From Podarcis vaucheri (taxonomy: Eukaryota): DNA of 64,000 bases. This document shows positions 12,801 through 26,547 of the stretch, piece after piece; within the stretch, counting starts at the first letter, position 1; each line of letters begins with the position of its first letter. The stretch lies in NCBI GenBank assembly GCA_965113315.1, contig OZ220365.1; one strand, 5' to 3'. Made by a program: the position numbers and the translations under genes. A model generated the notes under the pieces. That model was not told where the DNA came from. It did not search any database and saw only the letters and a program-made list of their open reading frames with translations.

Positions 12801-13579
12801 CTTTTCTACCCCAGTCTGGCCATTTTCTAAAATCATGTGAGCTGTGTCAGTGATGTTAAATAGGCCACTATAAAATCTGTAATTCAATGAGGAGGAATTT
12901 GGAATCCAGCAGTAAAAGTTATTAAAATGGAAGGGAGTAACTTTAGATTAACATCTGAAAATGGAGGCAAGGCTGGGGGCTTTGTAATTGTCTCACATGC
13001 AGGCTTAGAGTCAACCCAGCTGTACTCCAGGGATAATCAATATACAAGGAAACATTATTTTCACAGGAAGCCACGGCCAATTTCTGAATACATTTTATAT
13101 GCTAATTCTAACAGTCTGTCTGCTTTCCCAAAGCTCAGCAGAAGGAAAATTGTAATCTTCTGGTAGATCTTGGAGGTGATTTGCAGTAGATCAGCAAGAG
13201 GTGGATTTTTAGTTTTACTCATATCCATTTAACAACATCAAAAGCCTCGGGGGGGGGGGGATTGCCAAAAAGTAAGACAACTGAGAGGGAAACCAAGCAT
13301 GGAGTGAGATGAGTTTTGATTCTGAAAACAAATTCTAGAGCTGAGCACATGCTTGGAAGCAACCTAGGTCTCAACTGAAGGTGTATAAAAGTAAGCATCT
13401 CCAAGATATTTTGCTGGTAATGGATAATATGATGCTCCACTCCATGTATAAAAGGCAACTAAACTCAGGGCCACCCCATCTATGAAGCAAGGTGAGGTAA
13501 CAGCCTCAGGCAACAAGATATATAGAGACAGTTGTTCCCAATGTAGATCTTTAATCCGTGCTTGTTTCTTATGTGTTGT

Positions 13580-13930
13580 TGTTGTTGTTGTTGTTGTTAG
13601 TTTCTCTTCCACCCTTCATCCAAGGATCACAGAGTCATTTACAATATAAGAACACATAAATGCATATCATAGTAACAAACAAAAATAATATCCCTCACAA
13701 ACTCAGTTTTAAAGGCCATAGGTTGTTTAATTAGCCAAAGGACGAGAAGAGGAATGTTTTTGCCTGGCACCTAAAGATATGTAATGAAGGCGCCAGGCAA
13801 GCCTCCTGAGGGGGAGGTGTTCCACAAGTGGGGAACCACCTCAGAAAAGTCTCTCATGTTTCCACCCTCCAGACTTCTCTCAGGGGAGGAAAACAAAGAA
13901 GGTCCTCAGGTGATGGTCACAGGGTCTGGG
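13580..13930 (-). mobile_element. L2-like LINE 3' fragment with (GTT)n tail
   Basis: Resembles squamate L2 3' ends (tttttgcctggcacctaaag...gggaaccacc...aaaag). Confidence 0.45.
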
Positions 13931-15842
13931 GTGGAATGGAGTATCCTGCAGAGTAGCAAGTCACACTCCAAAAGTTTGTTGCAGTTCCCCACCACTCTGT
14001 CCTCAGTTTCTCCCCACCCTTTTAAAATCCCTGCTTCATATCCAAATTTCTCTCTTTAGCGAAAGAAGCATTCTCAGGGTCATGGCAAGCCAATTTACCA
14101 GGGGCAGCAGGGGCACCTGCTACCACCCTCCCCCAGGACTGCCAGCAGTCTGTCCTTACTTGCTGGCACCACAGAGAAGCACCCTCAAGTCCTGGGAGAT
14201 TTTACTGAGCCTGTAGCAATGTCTCGTGATCCAGTAACAGAGGTTCAGCTTCAGTCGGTGGGTGGCTAAAACCAGGCCTGGCACTCTAGCCAGCTGCTAG
14301 CCTAGCCAGATCCCAGTGGTGATGGGTTGCCTGGCCAGACAGCAGCCTCTGACTGCTTGCTTTCTCTTCTGGCATCTTTCACTTCAACTAGGGTTGCCCT
14401 ATGTCCGGAATTTCCCAGATATAGCCAGAATACTGTAGCCGGAAGCAGTGTCTGGGCGGAAATCGCTGAAATGTCCAGGAAAATCCGGACGTATGGCAAC
14501 TGATGTTGGAAGTCTAGATTTTGGCAAATCTCCTTAAAAATAGGTAAAACTTTTTTTAAAAGGCTCAATAACTTGCCCCCCCCCAAGAGCTAATCAACTT
14601 TCACTTTTTTTACAGAATGCTAAGGATGTCAAGAATTCTGTTAGAGATTCCTTGCCCTCTGTGCAGAACTATAATTCCCAAGGTCCTGTGGATACTGCCA
14701 TAGAGTTAACATTATAATGTTCTCCACTGAGGACAGGAAGAGCTCTGTTTTGTATTTCCTTTTTGTCCCCCCCCCCACACACTATTGATATGCAAGTCTT
14801 TTCTTCTTCTTTCTCTCCTCAGTGCTGCCACTGTGACAGTTCAGTCAACTAGAGAGAGTCATGTAATAGCTGTTGTTGCTGGAGTCAAGTTCTGTCACTA
14901 TTCTTAGAGTACCACACCCTACGGTGGAGGGTTAACATGCTATCCTGTTGATGAGTCATACAGATGACATCAAGGCAGGACTAGGCTTCTACCCTACTAA
15001 TTTTAACCAATAAACCAATTTCATTGCTGGAAGGGAAAGGGAAAACAGACAGAATATCTGTGTGATGCAGGTGTGTTTTTGCCCCCTTTAACTACTAATT
15101 ATGGTTTAAACTAGTAAGATAATCAACAGGATGAAATTTACTAAATTCCACTAGTTCCGTGTCTTTGTTACCTTGTTTTAGACAACTGGAGAAAACCTTT
15201 CTAGTTCAGCAACCTTACTCAAACATAGCATAGCTACCTACATTTGTTTTACTGGTGTTATCTGTGTTTCAAAGATTTTATGTATATTTGGGGTTTTTTA
15301 AAAAAAATAGTTTTGTAGGTTTTAGCTGTATTTTATCTACCATTTTAATGAGTCCTTTGATTAAGTGGTATATTAATCAATTAAAAAATCACAGCTTATA
15401 TACCATTTGGATGCATGGTTGGGTCACCTTGCTGTTGGGACAGTTGACTGGTTTGAAGCAGAGATTCTTTGCAAATGCTTGCTCAGTCTCAGTTAGGAAT
15501 GTAAGAAGGCATCGATTTCCATTCTGCCCATGGTGGTAAAATTCTACATAATTAACTGCATTATTCTGACATTAGGCCACATTGTTTCAGTAAAAAGAAG
15601 ATTCAGTGCAGATTGGAGGGTAGGAGTCATCAAGTACACATAATTTATAGACTGAAAACAATTGTGAATACCAATCAGATTCACTGGATTGATTTGCATG
15701 CCGGACATAGATGAATAAATGAACTTTGGCAATTTCTGCTCCTATTTTCTTCAGAATTCTCTGACATCCCTAGCCTGATACCAAGTATTTCATTTGCTTT
15801 TGTAAAAATGTGTTGCTTTGAAAGAAATCAGTTATATAAGTA

Positions 15843-16084
15843 CAGTGGTACCTCGGGTTAAGTACTTAATTTGTTCCAGAGGTCCGTTCTTAACCTGAAA
15901 GTGTTCTTAACCTGAAGCACCACTTTAGCTAATGGGGCCTCCCACTGCCGCCGGGCCGCCAGAGCACGATTTCTGTTCTCATCCTGAAGCAAAGTTCTTA
16001 ACCCGAGGTACTATTTCTGGGCTAGTGGAGTCTGTAACCTGAAGCGTATGTAACCTGAAGTGTATGTAACCCGAGGTACCACTG
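15843..16084. mobile_element. Tc1/mariner (Tigger/pogo-like) MITE
   Basis: TIRs CAGTGGTACCTCGGGTTA / TAACCCGAGGTACCACTG flanked by a TA TSD. Confidence 0.88.
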
Positions 16085-17460
16085 TAATTAACAAGTAGCT
16101 TTGGAAGGTGGAGGGTATGTGTAAAGTTTTTTCCCATATCCAGGGTGAAGTCCAAAGAGTTGAGAGTGATGTGTGCTCCATGTGAATTTGATGCCCATGC
16201 CTACGTGATTTCCCTCCTTGGATAAGACACTGGAAGCATAAGTCTCAGGTGAATGAGGCAGTTTTTGAAATTACCAGCATTTTACAGCAGCAGGGCTGGT
16301 TTCCAGAATTCACTTATCACCACATATTCCAGACTTTCCCATATCCTCTTCCCCAGGCTCCTCCTCTTCCTTTTCATCAGTCAGCTAATGTTCAGATGTA
16401 AAGCTGGGCTTGCCCATCTCTTCCTGAGAAAGCACCACAAAAATCCAGTCCATCTTGGGCTGCAACTTGCATTTTTAGCAAGGAATGCTATTAAGATGTC
16501 TCAGTTTACTTTCAGTGTGAGCTTCCCACTTAGCAGAGCACCTTGCAATAAACACCCTGGTCCAAAATAAACAGCATTCATTCCTATCTATCATTTGCAC
16601 AACCTGGGGATGTTCAGTTTGAACTGAAAGGCAGTGAACTTTGACTTCTCCTTCAGCCAAGGAGTGTGGTGCTACTTGAGGTCAGTGTACCTTGTCCTAC
16701 CCAACTACCAGAAAGAAATAAGATACATTTGCCTCTAGCCCTTAATGAATCAAGTTGTGACACATCTATCAGTGAAGTTGACCAAGCTGCCAACAGAAGT
16801 TGACTAAGCTGCCAACAGATAGTAAGAGAATGATTAATCAAAGCAAGTCAGGAGTGTCTATGGCATTCTGAAACGTCTTTCTGTAAGGAAAGTCAACATC
16901 ATTGTTGCTGCTCTGATAATCAGAGACTGGCATTAAAAGCCTTTATCTAATGTCAGTCTCTCGTTCAGATGACTCTGTAATGCTTCAAGCTCCATCAAGT
17001 GGAAACAGTCCGGGATCATCTTATAAAGCTGTATTATAGAACAAGATCCAGATTGTGAAGTACTCTGAATTCAAATCTATTGCTTTGTGCTGATCTCAGA
17101 AGTACTGCAGCTACCTTGAAATTCAGTCTGAAATTAGACTACTTACTGCAGACTCATAAGTAGCTACACACTTAGTCACCTGTGATGAGCAAAATCATCC
17201 AAGTGCCACAAATTACAAGTTCTCACAACTTAATCCATGGGTCTGCTATTCTGCGAAGATTCAAGAGTAAAATCACATCAATCCACAGATTTTCTGCAAC
17301 AGCTATGTGGTTAGAATACACTTATTACGGCAGCTTCCAAAGATTTTCCCCCATGGACCACCTGAAATTGCTGGTGGTACAGTACTGGTGGACCACCGAT
17401 TGATTTTTCTGCCTCTTATAGCAATTGCAATGTGCTGAACTAGGTGTTGTGGGAGTAATA

Positions 17461-17521
17461 AAGGAGTTGGACTGGATGACCCTCACGGTCCCTTCCAACT
17501 CTACAATTCTATGAATCTATG
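17461..17521 (+). mobile_element. CR1 extreme 3' end
   Basis: ttggactggatgaccctc...ggtcccttccaactctacaattctatgaatctatg: CR1 terminal hairpin plus ATTCTATG repeats. Confidence 0.75.
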
Positions 17522-19084
17522 GCCAAGAAATACAATTAAAAATGGATATGACTATCTAATGCAATATATGTGCCATCTTCAATCACAAATCCACCAACAT
17601 GCTGTGGACCACCTGAATGAAGCTCACAGGCCACTGGTGGCCCATAGACCACAGCTTGGGAATCCTTGCACTATAGCAGACTTCTGCTCTCATCATTGAA
17701 ATCATCTGGAGAAGCTCTTCTGACTGTCTTGCAGTTACAGTAAGTGATATTCCATTAGTTTCTACATGAACTCGGGCTTTTTAGCACAGGGGCATCAAGT
17801 AATATTGAAGTCGGGCACCTACAATTCTGTCATCTTGACACCTGTCACAAACATTTCGCCAACCATTTTTAAAGAGAATTAATAGGAGCCAGTGGTCATT
17901 TGGTTCTGCATTTTATACTCTTACAACATCTTCATGTACATAGCCATGATTCTTAATGAATTGGCAGCTTATAAATGTTCTTTTAAGTAAAGGCGAATAA
18001 AGAGAAGGGAAGGAAATTCATTGATAAGCTCTCACACCAGTGCAACATCTCAAAACATGAAGCTAGCCGCGTGTTGTGGGGACGCCCAACATCTCATGCC
18101 ATCGTGAAAATGTTTTGGACTGAGGTGCCAGACGGTAATCTTATCTCCCGCAAGAATCTATTTCAATTTCTCCCTGTGGATATTATATTGGCAAAGGGAG
18201 CCTGACATATTTAGGTACGTGAAATTCAGTGCAAAGCGAAGATGGAAAATATGTTTACTGCATGTACTGTATGTAACAAATGTCACACTAAAGATGCGGG
18301 GCTTGCAAGTCCGTTTGCCTTTGATCCTACCCCTTCGTATCAATCATCTCCCACCTCTCGCTGGGCCAGGGAAATGACAAAATATTCAGGTAGGGCAAAG
18401 CTGAAGCACTGACGCAGCAGCTGTAGCGGTAACATAGAGTACTTTTAAACGAAAGGGCACATTAAAAGGTGAGGAAGTCTTTGGGGAGGAAAATACAAGC
18501 AGTGCTATGGCTAATGCCCTTTACCAGACAGGGCACTCTGTCTGCCTGCCTCTCCTTCCTGAGAAGAGAAAGAATGAGAAACTTGCAGTCACAGTCCTGA
18601 AGAAAACCAGCTAAAGCACTGAGGCTCCCCATTACATTTTCCCTCTTGCGCATAGAGCTGTAGTGGATCTGTGCCTGGTCTTCCAAAAACAATTTTTTAC
18701 ACGCTATTGATGAAGGGGCAAGTTGCTACTCCCACTGTTACTTCATGTCTTCATTCACAGCATCAAATAAGCTGTGAAGGAGAAAGGGAGGCAATTGCAA
18801 CTGGCCTGGAAGAGGTCCTGGAGAACAGTACAACTGAGGAGAAATGGGAAGGAGGCTTCAAATGAACATTCATTTCCTAGGCTTTTCACAGTACAGTCTT
18901 TTGCAGGCTTACCCAGAAGTACGTCTCATTGTGTCTGGTGAGGTTTATATCCTAGGTACCTTAAAAACAACCAATTTATGACGGTATCGTTTTTGTGGAC
19001 TCAAGGCCACTTTTTTAGATGCATGAAGCATGCCCACCAACATGCCCCAAAGGAAAACTGGGACGTGTGTCTTTCAGGGCCAGT

Positions 19085-19300
19085 TCTTACGGAAGCCAAG
19101 TGTTACGTTCTTTCAGGTTGCATCCGGCGGTGACCCGGAAGTACCAGAAAGGGTTACTTCTGGGTTTCACCGCTCACACATGCGCAGAAGTGCCAAATCA
19201 CAGTGTGCACCTGCGCAAATATGGCGCTTCAGGTTGCGGGCTTTTCATGTTGCGAACGGGCCTCCGGAACGGATCACGTTCACAACCAGAGGTACCACTG
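19085..19300. mobile_element. Truncated Tc1/mariner-type MITE
   Basis: One end only: ...aaccagaggtaccactg|ta, the same TIR family as 15843-16084; CpG-rich interior. Confidence 0.7.
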
Positions 19301-21056
19301 TATTATTATTTTAAAAAGTTGGATGTAAAGAGGCAGTTGACATAGTGTTTCATTTTTGCTTTCAGCAGCAAATAGGTTGCTAGCCCTTAAACTGAAAATA
19401 AAAATGGAAGTACCTACTGCAGCAAAATGAGAAAATAAATGTTGGACTTCATTGCACAGCTTAAAGTCCTATTTTTGCTTTAAAATTCAGAATGAAAGTA
19501 TTAAAGAAATATATTATTGCAAGGTTGGAAAAATAGGTGGACTTACATACAGAGCTGCATTTTTTAATATGTAGGAAAGAAAATTATATAACACGACATA
19601 GTAAAATCTAGGTAACAGTATTGTATGTACCGGTATGTTAATAATGATGTATAGTAGTTTTGTATAAAAGATAGAGAAAATGAACTGATAATTTTGTATA
19701 TATTATGGAACTCTATGTATACAATTTACTGCAGCATACCAACAGGTCCAGGTATTGACAGGTACGCCTACATCAAGTAAACACTAATTCTAAAGAAGGA
19801 TTCTAGGTCCAGCCTGGGGGTGGCAGTGGCCTTGTCCCTAGGTTACTAGGTGAACACATCTCTGTGTCAGAACTTAAATAATGTAGCACAAAAACATCCC
19901 ATGATAATGGAGAAAATAATCTCTAGGTGAAGGGTTGAGACTAACAGGGCCTCAGACAAAGACTCCTTGAGTAGAATAAAATGTTTGCACTGTTGTCCAC
20001 AAATGATTTTATTTCTTTCACTGGCATTTGGGGGAAGTTCCAAGTCAAAGCCAGCAAAGTAAAAACTAGCAATTCTCACAGTGAATTAGGAGAAGGCAAC
20101 AAAACTGATCCCTCAGTTGTATTGCCTTCCTTCTCAAGAACACGATGCAATTTCTAATTCATCATTCGGTGGAAGCGACAGGCAACACAGTTTACCCATT
20201 CCCAGGGTCAAGAATAACGCAGCCCTTTCGTGCTACCGGGAAAACAAATTTGGCACAAGCAAATTCCATTAATCACCCCGGAGTCTTAGTCAACATATAC
20301 TGTAAACAAAAGCAAATCTGGGGGATTTTGGATTCTTCTCTGCCTTACGCAGTATTGGACACATAGTGGAAGGCATGCACCGGGTTGAAAGACTTGTTAA
20401 AATATATACAGAATACTTCACAAGATACAGGAGCAGATCTATAGCTTTATCATTTTAACAGGCAACTCCAAAGTACCGAAATGTCTGTAACACCACCCCC
20501 ATCATTCCAACTGAGAGATAACAGCAGAATTAATTTCTACACACTGTTATTGAACCTGTTAATCTTCAAGGTCACTGACTCGAGGAAGTATCAAAATAGT
20601 AACTGGAACGTCTCAGCCATGCAAGAGCTACCGTACTTTGCATTTCTTCCATGTCCTCAGCAACTCCAAGCCACCCCATTATTTTAAGGCAAACCACTTG
20701 TTACCTTTAGCGTCTCATTCCACAAAGGGTTTCTTGTTGAAGCTTCTGGTTTGTGCTTTCCTAACTCCATTTCCAAGGAAGAGAAGGGATTCAGATCCCA
20801 CAAAGCAGCGCCTTAGCCGGCTACATGTTAGACACCCTACCACATCACATACTCAAGTTGTGAGACAGAACTGTATCAGGCTGCCCAGGCGATAATTTCT
20901 TGTTAGCTAGGGTTTCCATTTATAGACGTAGAAAATTCACAAATAGAACCCTGGAGGGAAGGCAAGCAACTAGCTTCAGATAACAATAAATGCCAGGCTG
21001 GCATCAAAAAAGCTGGTTAGCATTTGGCACTATCAGCACCACACAATTTTGGTTAC

Positions 21057-21092
21057 CTGGGGATCATGAAATAAACTCTGCTTAAGGATTCC
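21057..21092 (-). CDS. Candidate 36-nt phase-0 exon: GILKQSLFHDPQ
   Basis: ttcctgtttcatcag| ... CAG|gtaacc, open, phase 0/0; splice motifs only. Confidence 0.3.
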
Positions 21093-22266
21093 CTGATGAA
21101 ACAGGAAGGACCTCAGAGATACAAGTCTGCAATAGAAGTTCAGACAACAAAATGCCACCTCCCTGGGTAATCTTTGGCTGCAGCCCAGAGGGATATCAAA
21201 CACCTAAGACATACTTTTCCTAGAAGAACGGTCCAAATTGTTATTTAATGCTCAAAATCTAGTTTGGGGATCTGGCTTAAGAGCTTTGTTAAGGGAAAAG
21301 AGTATTCAGCAGCAGTTTTTCACTGAAATTGTTCAACCCTCCAAACTATGTTTTGAATGTGAGTTTAGAATTTGGTGCTGTCCTCGAGGGCAGCTTCTAA
21401 AAAGCAAAAGCTTTTTTGTGGGGAGGGACTAGGGCATTGTCATTCAAATGGTGTGTGTGTGCTACATCATGTGCTCAATTATGCAGGGTGGGGCTTACCT
21501 GTTTAACCCCCCCTCCCCCCAATATTTTATTCAAGTTGGCACACCATCATCATCCACAGGGCAGGATCGAAAGAGCTGCCTGCGTCTGACTCTTTTCCTA
21601 ACAGCAGGTTCCCCATAACACTTGACGCCACACAACATGTGGGGATATTTTTTGATAATTTCCAAAGCTGTATCGGGAATAATTATGACCACATTTCTCA
21701 GTGAGGTAGATGGTAAAGTTTGCTCCACATCTTACAGTACGATGCAAGCAAGTGCACTCAGGCATTATTACAATCAAGCAATATGCAAAACTTTCCCCTC
21801 TCTCTTTTTTTTTTGGGGGGGGGAAGTTGCGTGAAATCTATGCAAATGTGTTGATTACAACTTCAAGTGAGGCAGCTATCAAAAGAGTCATTTGAAGTGG
21901 ATATAAAAGTGATGGAGAACTGAACCAAAGTAATTAAAACTTCTCAGGCGTGGGAGCAAGTTCTAGTCCCAAAGTGTCTTATATTTGAATTTTTGGCTAG
22001 ATAGGTAGATATGCGATTCATTTACTCGCAAACGAATTAGCTAATTGAAATGTCCCATTATTCATTGCAGCTGCATGATACCAGTGCAAAACCTGAAAGG
22101 AGAAGCACGTACAATTTATTAAAGTGCCCACAACTTTCAGAATTTTAGTTTCAGGTGTCTTTTAACTGTACTGAAAGAGCAGAGTACTCGTTGCAAAATG
22201 GCAGTCTTAAAAATATTTTTCCCCCCCCACTCTCTTGTAAAAAGGAAATTATTAATTAAAGGCTCA

Positions 22267-22310
22267 TGTGTGTGTGCGCGTGCACACACACACATACACA
22301 CACACACACT
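22267..22310. repeat. (TG)n(CG)n(CA)n microsatellite
   Basis: Read directly. Other microsatellites: (TA)/(GA) near 950, (GTT)n near 13575, (AAT)n near 24330, (CA)n near 37230, (CAA)n near 49202. Confidence 0.9.
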
Positions 22311-22549
22311 CGCAGGGAATAGAAATAGATCAATAAATTTCAGGAACACCATGAAAATGGAAACCTGCCAGTTAGAAGATGAGAAGCAGATGCTATTTCA
22401 AAGTAAGGTGAACGGAGGACAATGCTAATTAAAAGGCCAATTTCAGACCTTTGAATATGAGTTACTTCTGAGCAAACATATATCAGGACCTTGTTAGTGG
22501 GGTTGGGCACTGCTGGATATTTAATGAGAATATAGTAGCATTTTAAGTA

Positions 22550-22923
22550 AGGTAAAGGTAAAGGACCCCTGGATGGTCCAGTCAAAGGCAACTATGGGGT
22601 TGTGACACTCTTTTCGCTTTTCAGGCGAAGGGAGATGGCATTTGTCCACAGACAGCTTTCCAGGTCATGTGACCAACATGACTAAACTGTTCTGGTGCAA
22701 TGGAACACCGTGATGGAAACCAGAGGGCATGGAAATGCTGTTTACCTTCCCGCAGCAGCGGTACCTATTTATCCACTTGCACTGGTGTGCTTTCAAACTG
22801 CTAGGAGCTGGGACAGAGCAACAGGAATTCACCCCACCCCGTTGTGCGGATTCGAACCGCCGACCTTCTGATCGGCAAGCCCAAGGGGTTCAGTGGTTTA
22901 GACCACAGTACCACCTGCGTCCC
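22550..22923 (-). mobile_element. Sauria SINE (Squam1), near full length
   Basis: (ACCTTT)n tail, tRNA-like head with a ggttcgaatcc B box, probable TSD attttaagta (22540-22549 / 22932-22941). Confidence 0.88.
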
Positions 22924-25859
22924 TTGTCTGTATTTTAAGTACCACCTTTTTGACTCTGCTCTTAGATGCTTGAGAAAAGCAATGCCTCAGAATTGCTAGT
23001 AAGCTGCAAGATGCAGGCAACCCAAGCAGAAGTCCATTTAACTGGAATAAGAATATTGCTTCCTTCTGTTATCCTAATATCCCTCCCACTCTTGGCCTCC
23101 TTAGTAATGAATGGTAGACTGTAAGCAGCTCAAGGCAAGGCATTCTGTAAAACACCGTGGCACATCAATGGTGCTATATAAATAAAAAAACAAGATTTAA
23201 TTACATTTAAAAAAACGTGTTTTACACTTCAGAACAGGAGTTTAAATCTTAGAAAACCATTCCCAAATCTTTCGAAGGTCACTTCATAATTACAAAACAT
23301 CTCCCTTTGTATTTGGGACAACCTATAATAAAACATTTGAGATTTGGTTTAGTAGTATTTTATTGAGTATGTACAGACACACACACAAAGCCTTTTGCAT
23401 AGCATGGGATGCAGGCTCTGATGTCTAGTTAGTTGTAGAAGAATAACCTGGCAGCAGTTCATGGCTGATAAAAGTCAGCAGTCCAATATTAGTAACTCTG
23501 CTGGGAGGGGGATCATTCCCTGGCGCACAGAGCGGGATTCCTAGGTTGACAACAACAACACACCCTTTGGTTGCTACACCAACGAAAGCAGGGCTGCCTT
23601 GGAAGTGGTTCAGAGCCATTTGGGCAACAGTTAGCAGCCAGTAGTAGGAGAGCATGCCCAGTAGCAGGAACAACTTGTCTGAGGGTGTTTTCACACATCG
23701 CACTAAAAGCGCCTGCGAGTCTCTCATGCCCTATTTTTGTACACTTATGAATGCTATTAACAGGGCAGTGAAAAGTGAATAGTGTCATATTTAAACCAAA
23801 TGTGCGTTCAAGCCAACTAGATGCCAATGCAAAAAGAAATTTTAAAAAATCGTGGTATGTGTGGTTTTTTGTTTTTGTTTTTAATCCCCCATAACTTCAC
23901 TCCAGATAATATGATGCCTCAGATTATTAATGTGCAGTAAACTACATGCTTTCATTGAAATAATTCATTTTTCTTTTCTTTTTTGGTAGGTCACTTCCCT
24001 GCTATTTCTTGCAAAACCCAACCTGACAGTGTTTTGTTTTGGGACATGAATTTGGATTGCGGGTGTCTCTATGAGCATGTTCATGTTTTCTATGAATTTG
24101 CAAAGGTATAATGTAGTTATCTTTTAAAAAGTCAGCTGCTTGGAGACCTTTTAGGTGACAAGTGCCTAATACATCTGCAGAAGAAGAGGAGCAGATTTTT
24201 CGGTGGAAAATGAGGTGCCAGTACTCATATAATGACCACTGGACTGTGGTGCCGGCACAAAATGTCTGTCTGGGCTGTGAAAAAAGGTTTGTGCATACTC
24301 TGTACCAGTGAGTACTGTCAAAAAAAGCAAATAATAATAATAATAATAATCCCTTAATGCTGTGCTGAATCCGGTCCTCCAATTGCTCAGAACTTTTCTA
24401 CCCCTGCCAAAGAGTCTTCCATTTTATTTTTATTTTTCCTCTTTCTTGGGGCACTTAAGAATTCTGGTGGGCTTATCTTATTATTGTGAGGTGCCTGTGA
24501 GCAGTGACTGTGTCCTTCTTTCCATTAAACTTTCTCCATTTCTGTGCAACCTCCTTGGCTGCCTCTACTTCCTGCTCTGAAAAATCCCCGTGGGAGAAGT
24601 TATCTCATGAAGTTCTCTTCTCCAAAGCTTTAACTGAAGAATGGGAAGCTGGGTTGGGGAGTGTGTGTCTGTGTCTACTGAGCACCTGAGATGGGTACAC
24701 TCACAGATATTGTTCTTGGTACATTAAATATATCCATTTTTGTGTGTATCTTTTTGGAATATCCACAAGTTTGTATAATTATTATTTTCGGGGGGGGGGG
24801 AGAACAGCGCTGTGAAATTTGGAGTTTGCAGATTTTGAAGGGCAGCTGCATCTCTCTGCAAATACTGGTTTGATTTCTTCCCCACCCTTAACTCTGGGTG
24901 GATGTTCTCACCCTTACAAACATCACAGAAACCCAATAGCCAAGTTGACGGTTTGTGGTTTTCTTGTGAACATTTTAAGTATAGCCAGTGGTAACTTCCT
25001 AAAGTGGAAAATGCTATAGCTCAGAATGACTAGAAACATCACATGTCTAAGAACCACTCTTCCATAATCCTGAAAGCACCGGGGATGGTTTCGGGAATGC
25101 ACTCTGAACGTGCTCAAAGACCTGTTTATTTCTCGTTACATCACATGGTTCGGACACAAAAACATGTTTCTGAGCAGAGGCATGGTGACCCCTTGGCTGA
25201 AATTAAACTCTGCGCAGAGAGGTATCCCACTGGAAATGAAATGCACTTGGAGAGCCTGCTGTTATCGTCACAGTTATTCCCTTTCAGCTGGCGTGGAATT
25301 GGAGGACGAGGGGGAAGCTAATCTTGTGAGGGATCACAGGCCACATTCCGACAGCAGCACCTGCTGCCATCGCTCTGCAGACAATACTGCTTGCTTTGTA
25401 AATACGATGGAGGAGGGCGAGATAACCAGCCATGGGAAATGGGTGGGGGAAAATAGTGTCACGTGCCTTATACTAACTAATACTACGTCCTCCTCTAAGG
25501 AGCAGAAACACAGGAACCTTGAGTGCTAAACATCCATAATATGTTTTTCAGAGAGGAACCACTTGACCGCGGCTTCGTGCCAAGCCTTTTTTTATCGACA
25601 ACAGGCTTCAAGTATGGAATATGCATGCATCTGTGGGGGGTAGAAGGCAGAAGAGTATGTGAAGGAAGAAGTCTGACTATGCTTGTAGAAATATGAGGGC
25701 CAAACAGAGGAATTCACGCCCGGGGTGTTCTCAGTTGGAGTAGCTGACAAGGGCAAAATGAGAAAAACAGTGGAGCTAAAATCAGAGTCTCCACCATCTC
25801 AGAGGACTGATGGGTGGATGGCTCAGCTTCTTTTATGGATGGTTGTGCAGCTTCAAGGC

Positions 25860-26209
25860 CAGTGCCGGATTTTATGTATAAGCTAAACAAGCTATAGTTT
25901 AGGGTCCCACTCTCTTGGGGGGCCCCAAAAAAATTAAAGGGGAAAAAACTAGATGTACACTTCCAAACTATAAGATAAAAAACAAATAAAATAAAACCTA
26001 CATACAGCAACAGTGTTTTGTGTTGTGTAGGCTCCTATTTGTTATGTGCAAATGGCTTTAGATACCTATTAGGTCCGTAAATTACCATATAGCATATATT
26101 CAACACACAAAACAGTGACAATTTGTTGTTGACAAAGGGCAGCTGGACATATAAAGGGCCCCACTACCTTCAGTAGTTTAGGGCCTCATCAAACCTAAAT
26201 CCAGCCCCG
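25860..26209. mobile_element. hAT-like non-autonomous element
   Basis: Imperfect TIRs cagtgccggattt / aaatccagccccg. Confidence 0.55.
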
Positions 26210-26471
26210 GCTTCACCTAATGACTGCATCAGCCCTGTTTTGAGAAGGGACATTAGAACAATCAAGTTTGTTATAGCGCAGGATGTAGAGATGCTCTGTT
26301 CATCATCAAAAGAATACAGTTAAGAACCCCAGCTTCCAAATTATGGACTTTGTTTTTAAGATTAAGGATAGAGGAAAAGAACTGAAGGGGGAAACAGCTA
26401 GCATAAAAAAGAAAATAGTTTCTTCTCTAAAAAAACCTTACAGCAAGCAATCTTAAGTGTCTCAAACTTAC

Positions 26472-26547
26472 TTGTGAGGAGCAAGGACTGCTCATGATAT
26501 TCCAGAAATCATAAATTTTCGACAGGGGACAATCCCAGGTTTTAACC
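26472..26547 (-). CDS. Candidate 76-nt exon: (x)VKTWDCPLSKIYDFWNIMSSPCSSQ
   Basis: ctgattacacag| ... CAA|gtaagt; open only as phase 2/0, or from the internal ATG (MSSPCSSQ); splice motifs only. Confidence 0.3.

Noticed and set aside
25110-25529. 139-aa plus-strand ORF
   Set aside because: No recognisable homology, no supporting exon chain on the plus strand, and no ATG at the listed start.
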